From Parcubacteria group bacterium Gr01-1014_31 (GTDB lineage: Bacteria > Patescibacteriota > Patescibacteriia > Buchananbacterales > GWA2-38-13): a DNA stretch of 64,000 nucleotides. Where the stretch lies: contig VMFR01000001.1 of NCBI GenBank assembly GCA_007376135.1, positions 142,554 to 206,553 on the forward strand, in the 5' to 3' direction. This document shows, piece after piece, positions 16,991-26,757 of this stretch; position 1 is the first letter of the stretch; each line of letters begins with the position of its first letter. A program made the position numbers and the translations under genes. The notes under the pieces were generated by a model. That model had not been told where the DNA came from. It saw only the letters and a program-made list of their open reading frames with translations, and did not search any database.

Positions 16991-19600
16991 CTACTTTTTA
17001 ACGCCGATGATGACTTTCCCCTTTTGTTCGTCGATCGTGACGGTGTTGCCGGCCTTGACCTTGCCTGAGACGATCTCAAGCGCCAGCGGATCCAGTACCG
17101 CGCTCTGAAGCACGCGCTTCAGCGGGCGCGCCCCATACGTCGGGTCGTAGCCGCGCTTCGCCACCCAGGCCAGCGCCTTCTCGCTGAACTTCAGCCGGAT
17201 GCTCTGTTTGTCCAGACGCCGGATCGCGAGCTGTACCTGCAGATCAACGATCTTTCGGATATCCTGCGGCGAAAGCGAATGGAACGTGATGATGGCGTCC
17301 AGCCGGTTAAGAAACTCCGGTTTGAACGACTTGCGCAGCACTTCCTGAAGGCGTTCTTCCATGGCATGCTGATCGACCGCCTCGCTTCTGCGCTGAGTCG
17401 TGAACCCCAGGCTGTAATCGTGGATGATGTCCGAACCAAGGTTAGACGTCATGACGATGACCGTATTTTTAAAGTTCACCGTTCTTCCTTTGGCATCGGT
17501 GACGCGTCCCTCGTCAAGGATCTGCAGCAGCAGGTTGAAAACGTCGGGGTGCGCCTTTTCGACCTCATCGAGCAGCATCACGGCGTATGGGCGTCGGCGG
17601 ATGATCTCGGTCAATTGCCCGCCCTCTTCGTAGCCGACGTAGCCGGGCGGCGAACCGATGATCTTGGAAACGGAGTGGCGCTCCATGTACTCGGACATAT
17701 CCAATCGGACCAACGCGTGCTCATCATCGAACATGAACTCCGCCAGGGCCTTGGCCAGCTCGGTCTTCCCTACTCCGGTCGGACCAAGGAACAGAAAAGT
17801 CCCGATGGGGCGATGTTCCTCGCCGATGCCGGCCCGCGAACGCCGTACGGCATTGGCGACTGCGGTAATGGCCTGCAGCTGCCCGACCACCCTGCGGCCA
17901 AGCCCTTCCTCCATCCGCGCCAGCTTTGAGGATTCGCTCTCAAGCATCCGCGCCACCGGCACGCCGGTCCAGCGGGACACCACGCCGGCAATATCCTCCT
18001 CGCTCACGGTTTCCTTGATGATCTGACGGTCGCGCTGTAAACGATTGAGCTTGCTGGTCAGTTCCGTCATCTTCTTTTCCAGCGCCGGCATGGTCGCGTA
18101 TTTGATCTCCGCCACCCGCTGCAGTTCACCGCTGCGCTCAAAGCGCTCGGCTTGAAGCTTTAGCTTCTCGGTCTCCTCGCGGGCCTGCTTGATCTGATTG
18201 ATAAGGTCTTTTTCTCCGCGCCAGTGGATCTCTATCTCGTTGGCCACCTCCTCCGCGTCGGCAAGCTTTCGGTTCACCTCCTCCAGAGGTGAACCGGGGA
18301 TGCCCTCTTTCTTCAACGCCTCTTTTTCGACTTTCAGCTGCAGGATCTTGCGCTTCAGGACATCCAGCTCGTCAGGCATGGAATCGATCTCCATCCGCAA
18401 CCCGGAGGCGGCCTCGTCGATGAGATCGATGGCTTTGTCGGGCAAAAAACGATCGGTAATGTAGCGCTGCGAAAGATTGGCCGCCGCCACCAACGCCCCG
18501 TCCGTGATCTTAATGCCATGGTGCAGCTCGTACCGCTCCTTGATGCCGCGTAAAATGGCGATGGTGTCCTCCAACGACGGCTCGCCGATAAGTATCGGCT
18601 GAAAACGGCGCTCCAAGGCCGCATCCTTCTCCACATGCTTTTGATATTCCTTCAAGGTGGTAGCGCCGATCATCCGTAGCGTACCCCGCGCCAGTGCGGG
18701 CTTCAAAAGGTTGGCGGCATCGATGGCGCCCTCGGCGCCGCCTGCCCCCACAATGACGTGCAACTCGTCGACGAACAAAATGAAGCGGTCGGGCTCGTTC
18801 TCCAGTTCCTTCAGCACGGCCTTCAGGCGGTCCTCAAATTCACCGCGAAACTTCGAGCCGGCCAGCAACGCGCCCATGTCCAAGACCATCAGTTCTTTGT
18901 CCTTGAGGCTGTCGGGGACGTCGCCGTTGACGATCCGCTGCGCCAACCCTTCGACCACGGCCGTTTTCCCGGTACCGGGCTCGCCGATCAAGACGGGATT
19001 GTTCTTTTTCTTGCGCGAGAGAACCTGCATGACGCGCCGGATCTCGCGGTCACGGCCGACCACCGGATCCAGCTTGCCGCTGCGCGCCTGTTCGACCAGA
19101 TCGGCCGCGTACTTGCGCAAGGCCTGATATTTGCTCTCCGGCTCCTGGTCGACGACGCGCTGCGTGCCCCGCACCGATTTCAACACCGTCAGCACCTTAT
19201 CGTAGGTGATCCCAAGCTCTTCCAGGATGAATTTCGCTTCCGAGTTGACCTCGGTCAGCGCCAGCAGCAGATGTTCGGTGCTGACGTATTCGTCATGAAG
19301 TTGGTTGGCGATGCGTTCGCTGCGTGCCAAAACCACGTTAAACTCCGTCGTCAAGTGCGGCGCCACGACCAGTCCGGACACGACGGGAACTTTCTTTTCG
19401 ACCGCCGCGATGCGGGCGCGCAGCCGCGCGAGGTCGATTTCAAGTTTTTTGAATACCGAGAGTACCACGCTCTCCGGCTGCTCGATCAATGCCGAAAGCA
19501 GATGCGGCACCGTGATCTGCTGGTGCCCCAATTCCGCGGCATGTTGCACGGTCCGCTGCAACGCGTCTTGCGCTTTATAGGTGAATTTAGATGGGTCCAT
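16991..19600 (-). CDS. clpB: chaperone ClpB (Hsp100 disaggregase)
   Basis: 869 aa. Clp_N repeats, two canonical AAA+ modules ([13 protein letters not shown] and [18 protein letters not shown]) and a long coiled-coil M-domain. Confidence 0.95.
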   Translation of the reverse strand: MDPSKFTYKAQDALQRTVQHAAELGHQQITVPHLLSALIEQPESVVLSVFKKLEIDLARLRARIAAVEKKVPVVSGLVVAPHLTTEFNVVLARSERIANQLHDEYVSTEHLLLALTEVNSEAKFILEELGITYDKVLTVLKSVRGTQRVVDQEPESKYQALRKYAADLVEQARSGKLDPVVGRDREIRRVMQVLSRKKKNNPVLIGEPGTGKTAVVEGLAQRIVNGDVPDSLKDKELMVLDMGALLAGSKFRGEFEDRLKAVLKELENEPDRFILFVDELHVIVGAGGAEGAIDAANLLKPALARGTLRMIGATTLKEYQKHVEKDAALERRFQPILIGEPSLEDTIAILRGIKERYELHHGIKITDGALVAAANLSQRYITDRFLPDKAIDLIDEAASGLRMEIDSMPDELDVLKRKILQLKVEKEALKKEGIPGSPLEEVNRKLADAEEVANEIEIHWRGEKDLINQIKQAREETEKLKLQAERFERSGELQRVAEIKYATMPALEKKMTELTSKLNRLQRDRQIIKETVSEEDIAGVVSRWTGVPVARMLESESSKLARMEEGLGRRVVGQLQAITAVANAVRRSRAGIGEEHRPIGTFLFLGPTGVGKTELAKALAEFMFDDEHALVRLDMSEYMERHSVSKIIGSPPGYVGYEEGGQLTEIIRRRPYAVMLLDEVEKAHPDVFNLLLQILDEGRVTDAKGRTVNFKNTVIVMTSNLGSDIIHDYSLGFTTQRRSEAVDQHAMEERLQEVLRKSFKPEFLNRLDAIITFHSLSPQDIRKIVDLQVQLAIRRLDKQSIRLKFSEKALAWVAKRGYDPTYGARPLKRVLQSAVLDPLALEIVSGKVKAGNTVTIDEQKGKVIIGVKK

Positions 19601-19613
19601 GGTGAAAGATAAT

Positions 19614-19640
19614 TTAGCACTCAGTCGATATGAGTGCTAA
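19614..19640 (-). promoter_or_regulatory. CIRCE operator (HrcA binding site) TTAGCACTC-N9-GAGTGCTAA
   Basis: Perfect match to the CIRCE consensus, immediately upstream of the clpB start. Confidence 0.85.
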
Positions 19641-19641
19641 T

Positions 19642-19672
19642 ACCATACTATGCGCCGATCGTCCTGTCAATG
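19642..19672 (-). promoter_or_regulatory. sigma70 promoter for clpB (TTGACA-17-TATGGT)
   Basis: Read on the minus strand: -35 TTGACA (19672-19667), 17-nt spacer, -10 TATGGT (19647-19642), abutting the CIRCE repeat. Confidence 0.55.
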
Positions 19673-20815
19673 TCGCAGCCACTCCACGGTGAGGCTGCCC
19701 AATTCTGCCGCTATTCCTGCCGCCAGCAACGCCGGAAACAGGGCGTCCATGAATTTCGGAACAGCGGTAATTATCCGCGGTTGTCCGCGAAGGCGACGAT
19801 ACACGCGAAGGATCAAATAAGCGTCGACTCCGAGTGCCAGCGCACCCGTGAGCCCAATAACGGCAATGAACGCCGTCGGCGGGGCGAATATGAACACCGC
19901 GGGTACCGCGGCCACCGCGGCCAGCGCCATCCGCTTGGTCCGTTTCAGGTCGAACCAAAAGACTTTTTGCAGCAGAGCGCCAAGACTGATGAATGAGGTG
20001 AACGTCGTGATCAACCCAAAAGCATACAGCGCCGCCACGCCCGTCGAGGTAAGCCGTACGCGCAGTCCAGCGACGCTCTCGGGGGAGGTTTGCGCGCCGC
20101 TGACGCCCAGGACCACCGCCGTGAACAGGATATAGGTCAGAGCCGCCAGCACCGTACTGGCGGCAAGCACCCACGGCAGCCGGCGGCGGTAGCGGGCACC
20201 AACCTCATCGACGACATCCGGAACGATGGATACTCCCCAGATCGAGAATAATGCGACCCCATACGGAAGCAGCAGGCTCCCCCACCCCACCCCGCCCCAT
20301 TGCTCCCACCGCACGAAGGGGGAAAGACGCGCAACCAGCCAGGCCATGATCAAAAAGAATACCAGCAGCAACGCGACCTCCATGCCAACGACCGTCCGCT
20401 GTCCAGCCCAGATGACCGCCATACCGATCACGTAATATGCTCCGACGTAGAGCCAAGCCGGCCCGCCGAATACCGGCTGCAGCATCCCCGCGAGGAAATT
20501 CCCGCCCACCATCACGTACGCCGCCAGCGCGCCGAACAGTCCGACCGTATTCGAAAAGATCGCCAGCCTGCGCCAATGCGGCCCCAAACTGGCGCCGACA
20601 TACCCCGGCAGACGCATCCGCTGCGGGTAAGTGGCAACCACCTCGGCGTACATCGCGGCCGACAGGAATCCGACGCCGGACAGCACTAGGATGTGCATGA
20701 CCGTCGGCAAAAATCCGGCGCGGGCGGCAACGTAGGGCAATCCGAACAGCCCGACGCCGATAACGGTGCCGGTCATCAGGCACACGCCGTTAATGCTCCG
20801 CCGAATCCCCTCCAT
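19667..20815 (-). CDS. amino acid permease (APC superfamily)
   Basis: About 11 TM helices and an N-terminal GxGxFGLP motif (MTGTVIGVGLFGLPYVAARAGF). Start placed at MEGIRR (20815); the ORF-track start at 20983 would overlap ugd. Confidence 0.6.
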   Translation of the reverse strand: MEGIRRSINGVCLMTGTVIGVGLFGLPYVAARAGFLPTVMHILVLSGVGFLSAAMYAEVVATYPQRMRLPGYVGASLGPHWRRLAIFSNTVGLFGALAAYVMVGGNFLAGMLQPVFGGPAWLYVGAYYVIGMAVIWAGQRTVVGMEVALLLVFFLIMAWLVARLSPFVRWEQWGGVGWGSLLLPYGVALFSIWGVSIVPDVVDEVGARYRRRLPWVLAASTVLAALTYILFTAVVLGVSGAQTSPESVAGLRVRLTSTGVAALYAFGLITTFTSFISLGALLQKVFWFDLKRTKRMALAAVAAVPAVFIFAPPTAFIAVIGLTGALALGVDAYLILRVYRRLRGQPRIITAVPKFMDALFPALLAAGIAAELGSLTVEWLRH

Positions 20816-20823
20816 CGCGAAAC

Positions 20824-22173
20824 TTATTGAGTAGTCGCCCGGCCAACGCCGTAATACGTGAATCCTGCGCCCTGTGCCGCCGCGCGATCGATAATATTGC
20901 GTCCATCGAAAATGATCGGTGTGGCAACGGCTTTCCGTAGCCGCGCGAGATCCATGGTTGCGAATTCGTCCCATTCGGTGCATACCACCAGCGCCTCGGC
21001 GCCGTCCGCCGCCGCATACACGTCCGCACAGTACCGTACGTTCGGCAATACGCGCTTGGCCTTGCTCGTTGCCTGCGGATCGTACGCCGTCACGATCGCG
21101 CCGGATTTCCCGAGCGCAGCCATCAAGCGAATGGCGGGAGCATTCCGGATGTCGTCGGTATTCGCCTTGAAAGCGATGCCAAGGATCGCGATCCGTTTCC
21201 CATCAAGCACCCAGAGCTCGCGCTCAATGCGCTGCAAAAACCGCTGATAGGCGTGATCGTTGATGCGCTCCACCGCCGTGATAAGCGAAGCGTCGGCGCC
21301 CAATGTTTCCAGAGTATGCCGGAACGCCGCGATATCTTTCGGAAAACAACTGCCGCCGAATCCGATGCCCGGGCGCAGGAACTCGCGGCCGATTCGGCGG
21401 TCCAAACCGATGCCGTGCAGCACCTCATGGGCGTCGGCGCCGCCGGCTTCGCAGGCCTCCGCCATCAGGTTCGCGAACGAGATCTTGGTTGCCAGCAATG
21501 AATTGGCGCCGTGCTTGATGAGTTCGGCGCTGCGGATGGATACCTCGCACAGTTCCGCCGAAGTCCGCGACAGGATCGGGGCATAGACCCGACGCATCAG
21601 CGTGCGCGCACGGTCCGTGGAGGCGCCGACGACGATCCTCTCGGGATTCAGCGTGTCCTGGACCGCGGAGCCCTCGCGGAGGAATTCGGGGTTGGAAACC
21701 ACGTCGAATTCCTTTGCTCTGGGGTTGTAGCGGCGAATGGTATCGGCCACCTTCTCCGCCGTACGGACCGGCACCGTGCTTTTGTCGACAATGACCCGGT
21801 AATCCGCGGGTAGGGCGCGGGCGATCTCTTTTGCCACCTGCTCCACGTAGCGGAGGTCAGCCTGGCCATCGGCTTTGGGCGGCGTGTTCACGCAAATAAA
21901 AATAGCCTCGCTCTCGCGCACGGCCTCATCGATACGGTCGGTGAAACGCAGGGTGCCTGCCGCCAGATTGCGTTGCATCATCGCTTCCAGACCCGGCTCA
22001 AAAATCGTCGGGGTCCCGCGGCGCAGGAGCGCCAATTTTTCGGGATCGTTGTCCACGCAAATGACGCGATGGCCCAGCTCGCCCAAGCAGACGCCGGTCG
22101 TCAATCCAACGTAACCGGCGCCAATGATACCGACGGTAACGGGTTGCGGCGTGGAAGTGGTCATGGGGCGCAT
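20824..22173 (-). CDS. ugd: UDP-glucose 6-dehydrogenase
   Basis: N-terminal Rossmann GIIGAGYVGL and the catalytic GGSCFPKD motif. Confidence 0.85.
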   Translation of the reverse strand: MRPMTTSTPQPVTVGIIGAGYVGLTTGVCLGELGHRVICVDNDPEKLALLRRGTPTIFEPGLEAMMQRNLAAGTLRFTDRIDEAVRESEAIFICVNTPPKADGQADLRYVEQVAKEIARALPADYRVIVDKSTVPVRTAEKVADTIRRYNPRAKEFDVVSNPEFLREGSAVQDTLNPERIVVGASTDRARTLMRRVYAPILSRTSAELCEVSIRSAELIKHGANSLLATKISFANLMAEACEAGGADAHEVLHGIGLDRRIGREFLRPGIGFGGSCFPKDIAAFRHTLETLGADASLITAVERINDHAYQRFLQRIERELWVLDGKRIAILGIAFKANTDDIRNAPAIRLMAALGKSGAIVTAYDPQATSKAKRVLPNVRYCADVYAAADGAEALVVCTEWDEFATMDLARLRKAVATPIIFDGRNIIDRAAAQGAGFTYYGVGRATTQ

Positions 22174-22208
22174 TGTACGTTCGACGTTGCCATAGTGTCA
22201 AACCGACA

Positions 22209-24047
22209 TCAGCTGAAGCGGATCACGCGGCCAGGCGCCAGCGGCTGCGGTCCGCTGGTCGGCGGGGTGGGAGGTTGCGGACGGACCGGCACAGCCGGGG
22301 ACGGCTCGGTCGAAAGTACGCGCTTGGGCGACTCTGGGGTGGTTAACGGCCGCTCGTTGGCTTCCGGCTTGCGCCGGCGCCCGGAGAACGAAACGGGTTC
22401 GGCGCGCAGCGCTTCCGCCAAGCTGATCTCCTGGATGGGCTGCGGCACCACTTCCTGAGCCTCGCCGCTCTGGAGCGCGTTTTCGCGCTGAAGTTTGAAA
22501 CATTTCTTGCAATACACTGGGCGGATGCCGTCGGGTTTGAAACCGACCTCGACCGGAGTGCCGCATTCATAGCAATCCACCATGAAGCGCGGTTTTACCG
22601 GCACGGCGGGCGCAGCCGCAGGTTCGGTATTTACCCGCGGACGCGCCGTTGTCCGTTCGACGGGCGCCTCCGCCGAAACCGGAGTTCTGACGGCGCGGAT
22701 GACCGGGACAGCCGGGGCAGCCTCGACCCTCTCTCCCTCCTCGTCGTCCGCGACCATGCCGCTCCAACGCGCGATCTTGTCCTCGACGATCTCGCGCGGT
22801 TTACCGTACCGTTCTCGAGTGGCATGGATGATCTTATCGACGTTCCCGGCCTCCTTGGCCCAGTGTTCCAGTGGCGGCAAGGTGGTCGCGGAGAACGGAT
22901 TAGACGCGACCCCGTCGATCATGAGTTTCAGGTAAATGTCGTACTTAGCGAGGTTGACCAAATCCTCCTCATCGAAATAGGGAGCAAATTCCGTGGCCAT
23001 GAACTCCGCATCACCGGCGCCAACGCGGAACGACATGATCGTGCCGACGTTACCGAACACCGCCGCCTGGATCTCTTCCTCGACCTGCTCGACGTACTGG
23101 TGCGCAATGATGAGATTTAACCGGTATTTGCGCGCTTCGGACAAAATGTTCGCAAAACTTTCCGTAGCGAAATTTTGGAATTCGTCGACGTAGAGATAAA
23201 AATCCTTGCGTTCGCGTTCGGGAATGTCGATGCGGCTCATCGCCGCCAGCTGGATCTTGGTGATCATCATCGCCCCCATCAAAGCGGAGGCGTCTTCGCC
23301 CAGGCGGCCCTTGGAAAGGTTCATGATGAGGATCTTCTGGTTATCCATCACCTCGCGGATGTCAAAACTCGTGCGTACCTGCCCGACAATGTTGCGAATG
23401 AGTGCGGTCGACAAGAACTGCCCGACCTTGTTCTGAATGGGGGCAATGGCCTCGGCCTGGAAACGGTCAGGGTATTTAGAATACTCGTCGACCCAGAATG
23501 AGCGCACCACCGGGTCCTTGATCTTGGCGATGACCTTCTTGCGGTAATTCTTGTCTACCAGAATGCGCAGCACGCCCAGCAGCGTGCTGCCGGGGTAATC
23601 AAGGAGCGCCAGGATCGCGTTGCGCAGCACGTACTCGAGCCGCGGCCCCCAGGAGTCGGCCCACAATTTTTTGAACACACCAACCAGGCCAGAGGCGGTA
23701 AGATGTTTATGCTGTTCATTCGCTGACTCCATCACGTTCAGCGAGATGGGAAAATCCATGTCAGCGGGGTTGAAGTAAACGACATCGTTGATGCGGCTGG
23801 TCGGTATGTATTTGATGATCTTCTCCGCAAAATCACCGTGCGGATCCACCACTGCGACACCCTCCCCATTGATGATGTCCTGCACCACCATGTTCTCCAA
23901 TACCGTTGATTTCCCCATGCCGGTCTTTCCGATCAGGTACATATGCCGCCGGCGGTCGTCTTTCTTGATACCAAACTTCAACTTCTGGTTACGGAAGTTG
24001 GTCATCCCGAAGTACACGATACGCTGTTCAGATGGAAGGGGGTTCAT
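22209..24047 (-). CDS. soluble P-loop ATPase of the TraD/VirD4/HerA (FtsK-like) superfamily with a C-terminal zinc ribbon
   Basis: Walker A LIGKTGMGKST, Walker B FYLYVDEFQNF, then NLIIAHQYVEQ; no TM helices. A P/A/V-rich linker precedes a C-terminal CxxC...YCxxC motif (DCYECGTPVEVGFKPDGIRPVYCKKCF). The start overlaps the upstream gene's stop as ATGA. Confidence 0.6.
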   Translation of the reverse strand: MNPLPSEQRIVYFGMTNFRNQKLKFGIKKDDRRRHMYLIGKTGMGKSTVLENMVVQDIINGEGVAVVDPHGDFAEKIIKYIPTSRINDVVYFNPADMDFPISLNVMESANEQHKHLTASGLVGVFKKLWADSWGPRLEYVLRNAILALLDYPGSTLLGVLRILVDKNYRKKVIAKIKDPVVRSFWVDEYSKYPDRFQAEAIAPIQNKVGQFLSTALIRNIVGQVRTSFDIREVMDNQKILIMNLSKGRLGEDASALMGAMMITKIQLAAMSRIDIPERERKDFYLYVDEFQNFATESFANILSEARKYRLNLIIAHQYVEQVEEEIQAAVFGNVGTIMSFRVGAGDAEFMATEFAPYFDEEDLVNLAKYDIYLKLMIDGVASNPFSATTLPPLEHWAKEAGNVDKIIHATRERYGKPREIVEDKIARWSGMVADDEEGERVEAAPAVPVIRAVRTPVSAEAPVERTTARPRVNTEPAAAPAVPVKPRFMVDCYECGTPVEVGFKPDGIRPVYCKKCFKLQRENALQSGEAQEVVPQPIQEISLAEALRAEPVSFSGRRRKPEANERPLTTPESPKRVLSTEPSPAVPVRPQPPTPPTSGPQPLAPGRVIRFS

Positions 24048-25408
24048 ACCGTAGGCCCGGAAGGCGGGCCGGAGGGGGGTTCAAATGGCGCCACCGGTAA
24101 GCCTATCGGCGGTTCCGCACGCTTGGCCTCAGTGCGCTTGACCTGGGGAGTTTTGACGGTTATGGCTGGAAAGTGCCAAATGGTCGCGAGCTCCTCGGTA
24201 TTGAGGATCTCACCGTAGTAGCCTGGGGCATACTGACGAGCGCGTAGGCGATACCACCGCATCAGTTTATTCTTGCGCGCGTTTACCCGTTGGGTCTTAA
24301 ATAACCCATAGGCCTTGGTCATTTTTTTCTTATTAGGTTTGAAGCCGTTCATCTCGAGCGTGTTGAACTGCTTGATGGCCCCAAACAGGGCACTTCCCCG
24401 GGTGGCCTTACTGAAAGCGTATGTGCGGGCAATGTAGATCAGCCTGATTCGAGTATGAAAACCGATTTTACCTATCTTGTGCTCGATCGATTCTACGACG
24501 GAACGCTTTCCTGGTGGAAGATGAAGCATTTGGCTCGCCGGGATCAAGGTTTTTACCTTGCCGTCCGTTTGGCCACCTGTGCTTAACCCGCTAGCGACGG
24601 TACCGATGAGCTCCATGGGGAGGGTCAATAGTTTTTCCCACCACCGTTTGGGTGCTTCGTACCGAGCACCGATCAACTTGGCAACCAACGCCTGACCCGG
24701 ATGGCCCCAGTCGTTATTGGCTGGGGTAATGACAATTTGCAACCACGCCTGCTCATCAGGGTTAAGCTTGGCAAAAATTTCCAAAATGCTGGCCATGGGG
24801 TCCTTGAACTCACCGGAAACGGAGTCTTCGAACTCGCGATAGGTTCTGATCGGGTAGTACTGCTTATTTGTGAGTTTCAGTTCAGCCCCCCACATGTTGT
24901 AGCGGTCATTGGGAAACTTTATCCCACGCCAGCGCATCGCATAATCCTCAACCTCGGTAATCTCAGCTTCCGGGTATTGGGCGTAGACGGCCGCTTCGAC
25001 CAAATCGCGGAATTGTTCTGGCACGTGCATAAGGAATTGCACATACCCGCCGAAACTGACGATTTCCAACCCGATGGATTCTTCCATCTCACCAGCGATC
25101 CATTTATCCTCACGCTTTGGGTCGTTGTGCATGCCAGAAAAATGAGAAAAAATCTGCTCAACCGCCCGTGGTGTTTGCTCGGTGCTGCGAGGCACGTCGA
25201 ATGCCAACACGACATATTTCCTTTTGGCATCGTAGATGCCGCGCCGCCACTCGAGCCACATTGCCGCCCCGATGAACCCGGCCCAGGGCAACAGAAAAAC
25301 CCAGCCCCCATGGCCGAGCACCCACAGTGCCGCCGAGACTGGGTTTTCCGCCGCTGCGGCGGCAAACCCGGCAAAATCGATCGTGAAATTCATAGCCGGT
25401 GGCGGCAC
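24044..25408 (-). CDS. hypothetical membrane-anchored protein (one N-terminal TM, large soluble domain), partner of the ATPase
   Basis: 454 aa with TM helix WVLGHGGWVFLLPWAGFIGAAMWL and no recognisable family. The 4-nt overlap with the ATPase suggests translational coupling. Confidence 0.5.
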   Translation of the reverse strand: MPPPAMNFTIDFAGFAAAAAENPVSAALWVLGHGGWVFLLPWAGFIGAAMWLEWRRGIYDAKRKYVVLAFDVPRSTEQTPRAVEQIFSHFSGMHNDPKREDKWIAGEMEESIGLEIVSFGGYVQFLMHVPEQFRDLVEAAVYAQYPEAEITEVEDYAMRWRGIKFPNDRYNMWGAELKLTNKQYYPIRTYREFEDSVSGEFKDPMASILEIFAKLNPDEQAWLQIVITPANNDWGHPGQALVAKLIGARYEAPKRWWEKLLTLPMELIGTVASGLSTGGQTDGKVKTLIPASQMLHLPPGKRSVVESIEHKIGKIGFHTRIRLIYIARTYAFSKATRGSALFGAIKQFNTLEMNGFKPNKKKMTKAYGLFKTQRVNARKNKLMRWYRLRARQYAPGYYGEILNTEELATIWHFPAITVKTPQVKRTEAKRAEPPIGLPVAPFEPPSGPPSGPTV

Positions 25409-25464
25409 GCACGCCCACCCATGTTCGGCGGCGCGCCGACTTTTGCGTTTGTTTTTTATTACGG

Positions 25465-26628
25465 TTAGGCCTTGCCCGTTTTGAGCTGGTAGCGGTCGCC
25501 AACTTTGATGAAACGATCTTTGTTCGTCAATGCCAGATAAATCGTGCTTTTGCGCACCAAGCGACGCTTGCCGACCTCGCCGACGACCTCGTCGCGCGTC
25601 AGCGGGCGCTGGGCATCAGTGAGTACTTGGGCGACCACGTCGCTGACCGTGCCGGGCTGGTACCCCCACTCTTTGAGGGCGTAGATACCGCGGCCGACCA
25701 ATACGTACCGCTCATCCAGGATCAGCTCGTTGTGAATGGTCGCGGGGTACGCGACCTTATGGTCAAATTTCGCCTGATTGATCTGGTTGGTGATCTCGGT
25801 GAAATGCAGCGGCTTACCGCCCTGCTTGAGAATCAAGTAAATCTTATCACCCATTCGCCGCGGCCGCACGGTCGCCCAATGCGCAAGTCCCCATTCTCCC
25901 AGAAGGTTTTGCTCAATGCGGCGGCTGATGGTGAGGTAGGAATGCAAGATCCTATCCAGCGCCTCTTCCTCATCGTCGACGGCAACGGCTCCGACCGGCA
26001 AGAACCGCTGCCGGTTCTCCTTGAAAAAATCATGCTGCTTGAAAGAGGAGATCAACTCTTCCAGGCGGAAAACGCGCTGCTGCTCTTCAATAATGCGAGC
26101 GAATACCTCCAGGACTTGATGCACGAACTCGACATCAAGCAAGCGAAGCTTCCAGCCCGGGTACAAATGGTCGCTGGACCGGACGCGGTCGACGTGGTCG
26201 GTCAGCAGCTGGGACAAAACAAACCCCGTGGACTGCTGGTGCTGGCTGCCGTTCCCCAAATGCGACAAAAGTTCGTCGTACAGCTGCGAACCCTCGATGA
26301 TGCCTCCGTACTCGTGTAAAAGCCTGGTCACCGTATGCTGGAGGATGTCCAGTTTCTCTTTTGCCTGTGCCAGCGTGCGGATCTTGCGAACCGCAGCGCT
26401 CTGGATCTGACGGATACGCTCCCGGGTGATCTGAAAATTTTTGCCGATCTCTTCCAGTGTTTGAACCGGGGTGCCATCCAAACCGAACCGGCGCGAAACG
26501 ACTTCGCGCTCTTTGGGGCTCAACTCTTTGAGCAGCTCGGAAATGATCTCAGAAGGGTTGAAAAGGCTGGCCTCCTGAATATTCCGACTCTCGATGATTT
26601 GGTCCAGAATTGACTTTGGCGGGTTCAT
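25465..26628 (-). CDS. DNA-binding protein with N-terminal sigma-70 region-4 HTH and C-terminal HARE-HTH-like domain; not a bona fide sigma factor
   Basis: Residues about 25-85 (LSPKEREVVSRRFGLDGTPVQTLEEIGKNFQITRERIRQIQSAAVRKIR) match sigma-70 region 4. No region 2 is present. The C-terminal HWATVRPRRMGDKIYLILKQGGKPLHFTEITNQI...GIYALKEWGY resembles HARE-HTH. Confidence 0.55.
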   Translation of the reverse strand: MNPPKSILDQIIESRNIQEASLFNPSEIISELLKELSPKEREVVSRRFGLDGTPVQTLEEIGKNFQITRERIRQIQSAAVRKIRTLAQAKEKLDILQHTVTRLLHEYGGIIEGSQLYDELLSHLGNGSQHQQSTGFVLSQLLTDHVDRVRSSDHLYPGWKLRLLDVEFVHQVLEVFARIIEEQQRVFRLEELISSFKQHDFFKENRQRFLPVGAVAVDDEEEALDRILHSYLTISRRIEQNLLGEWGLAHWATVRPRRMGDKIYLILKQGGKPLHFTEITNQINQAKFDHKVAYPATIHNELILDERYVLVGRGIYALKEWGYQPGTVSDVVAQVLTDAQRPLTRDEVVGEVGKRRLVRKSTIYLALTNKDRFIKVGDRYQLKTGKA

Positions 26629-26682
26629 ACTAAAAATTGCTCTATCAAGCGAAAAATACTACTATAATGATTTTATGGTGTA

Positions 26683-26712
26683 AATATAGCATAAAGTTGA
26701 TTATTAGTCAAG
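26683..26712 (-). promoter_or_regulatory. strong sigma70 promoter TTGACT-18-TATATT for the sigma4/HARE-HTH operon
   Basis: Read on the minus strand: -35 TTGACT (26712-26707), -10 TATATT (26688-26683). Lies in a roughly 25% GC intergenic region; no terminator before the downstream membrane-protein and ATPase genes. Confidence 0.6.
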
Positions 26713-26725
26713 AAATCAGTTTAAA

Positions 26726-26757
26726 AAATCTTCCGGAATTTTTTTCCGGAAGATTTT
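26726..26757 (-). terminator. bidirectional rho-independent terminator after secF
   Basis: Perfect palindrome AAATCTTCCGG-AATTTTTTT-CCGGAAGATTT with T-runs on both sides. Confidence 0.6.

Noticed and set aside
17279-19612. Several 200-280 aa ORFs on the plus strand antisense to clpB (17279-17929, 18758-19612 and others)
   Set aside because: No domain similarity and low-complexity R/A/G composition. clpB on the opposite strand is unambiguous.
20205-20783. 192-aa Arg-rich minus-strand ORF in an alternative frame of the permease gene
   Set aside because: Frame-shifted shadow ORF of the membrane transporter, with a composition incompatible with a real protein.
25465-26628. Calling this gene an RNA polymerase sigma factor (RpoD-like)
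   Set aside because: Only region 4 is present and it is N-terminal. Region 2 is absent, so it is not a sigma factor; it is described as a region-4/HARE-HTH DNA-binding protein instead.
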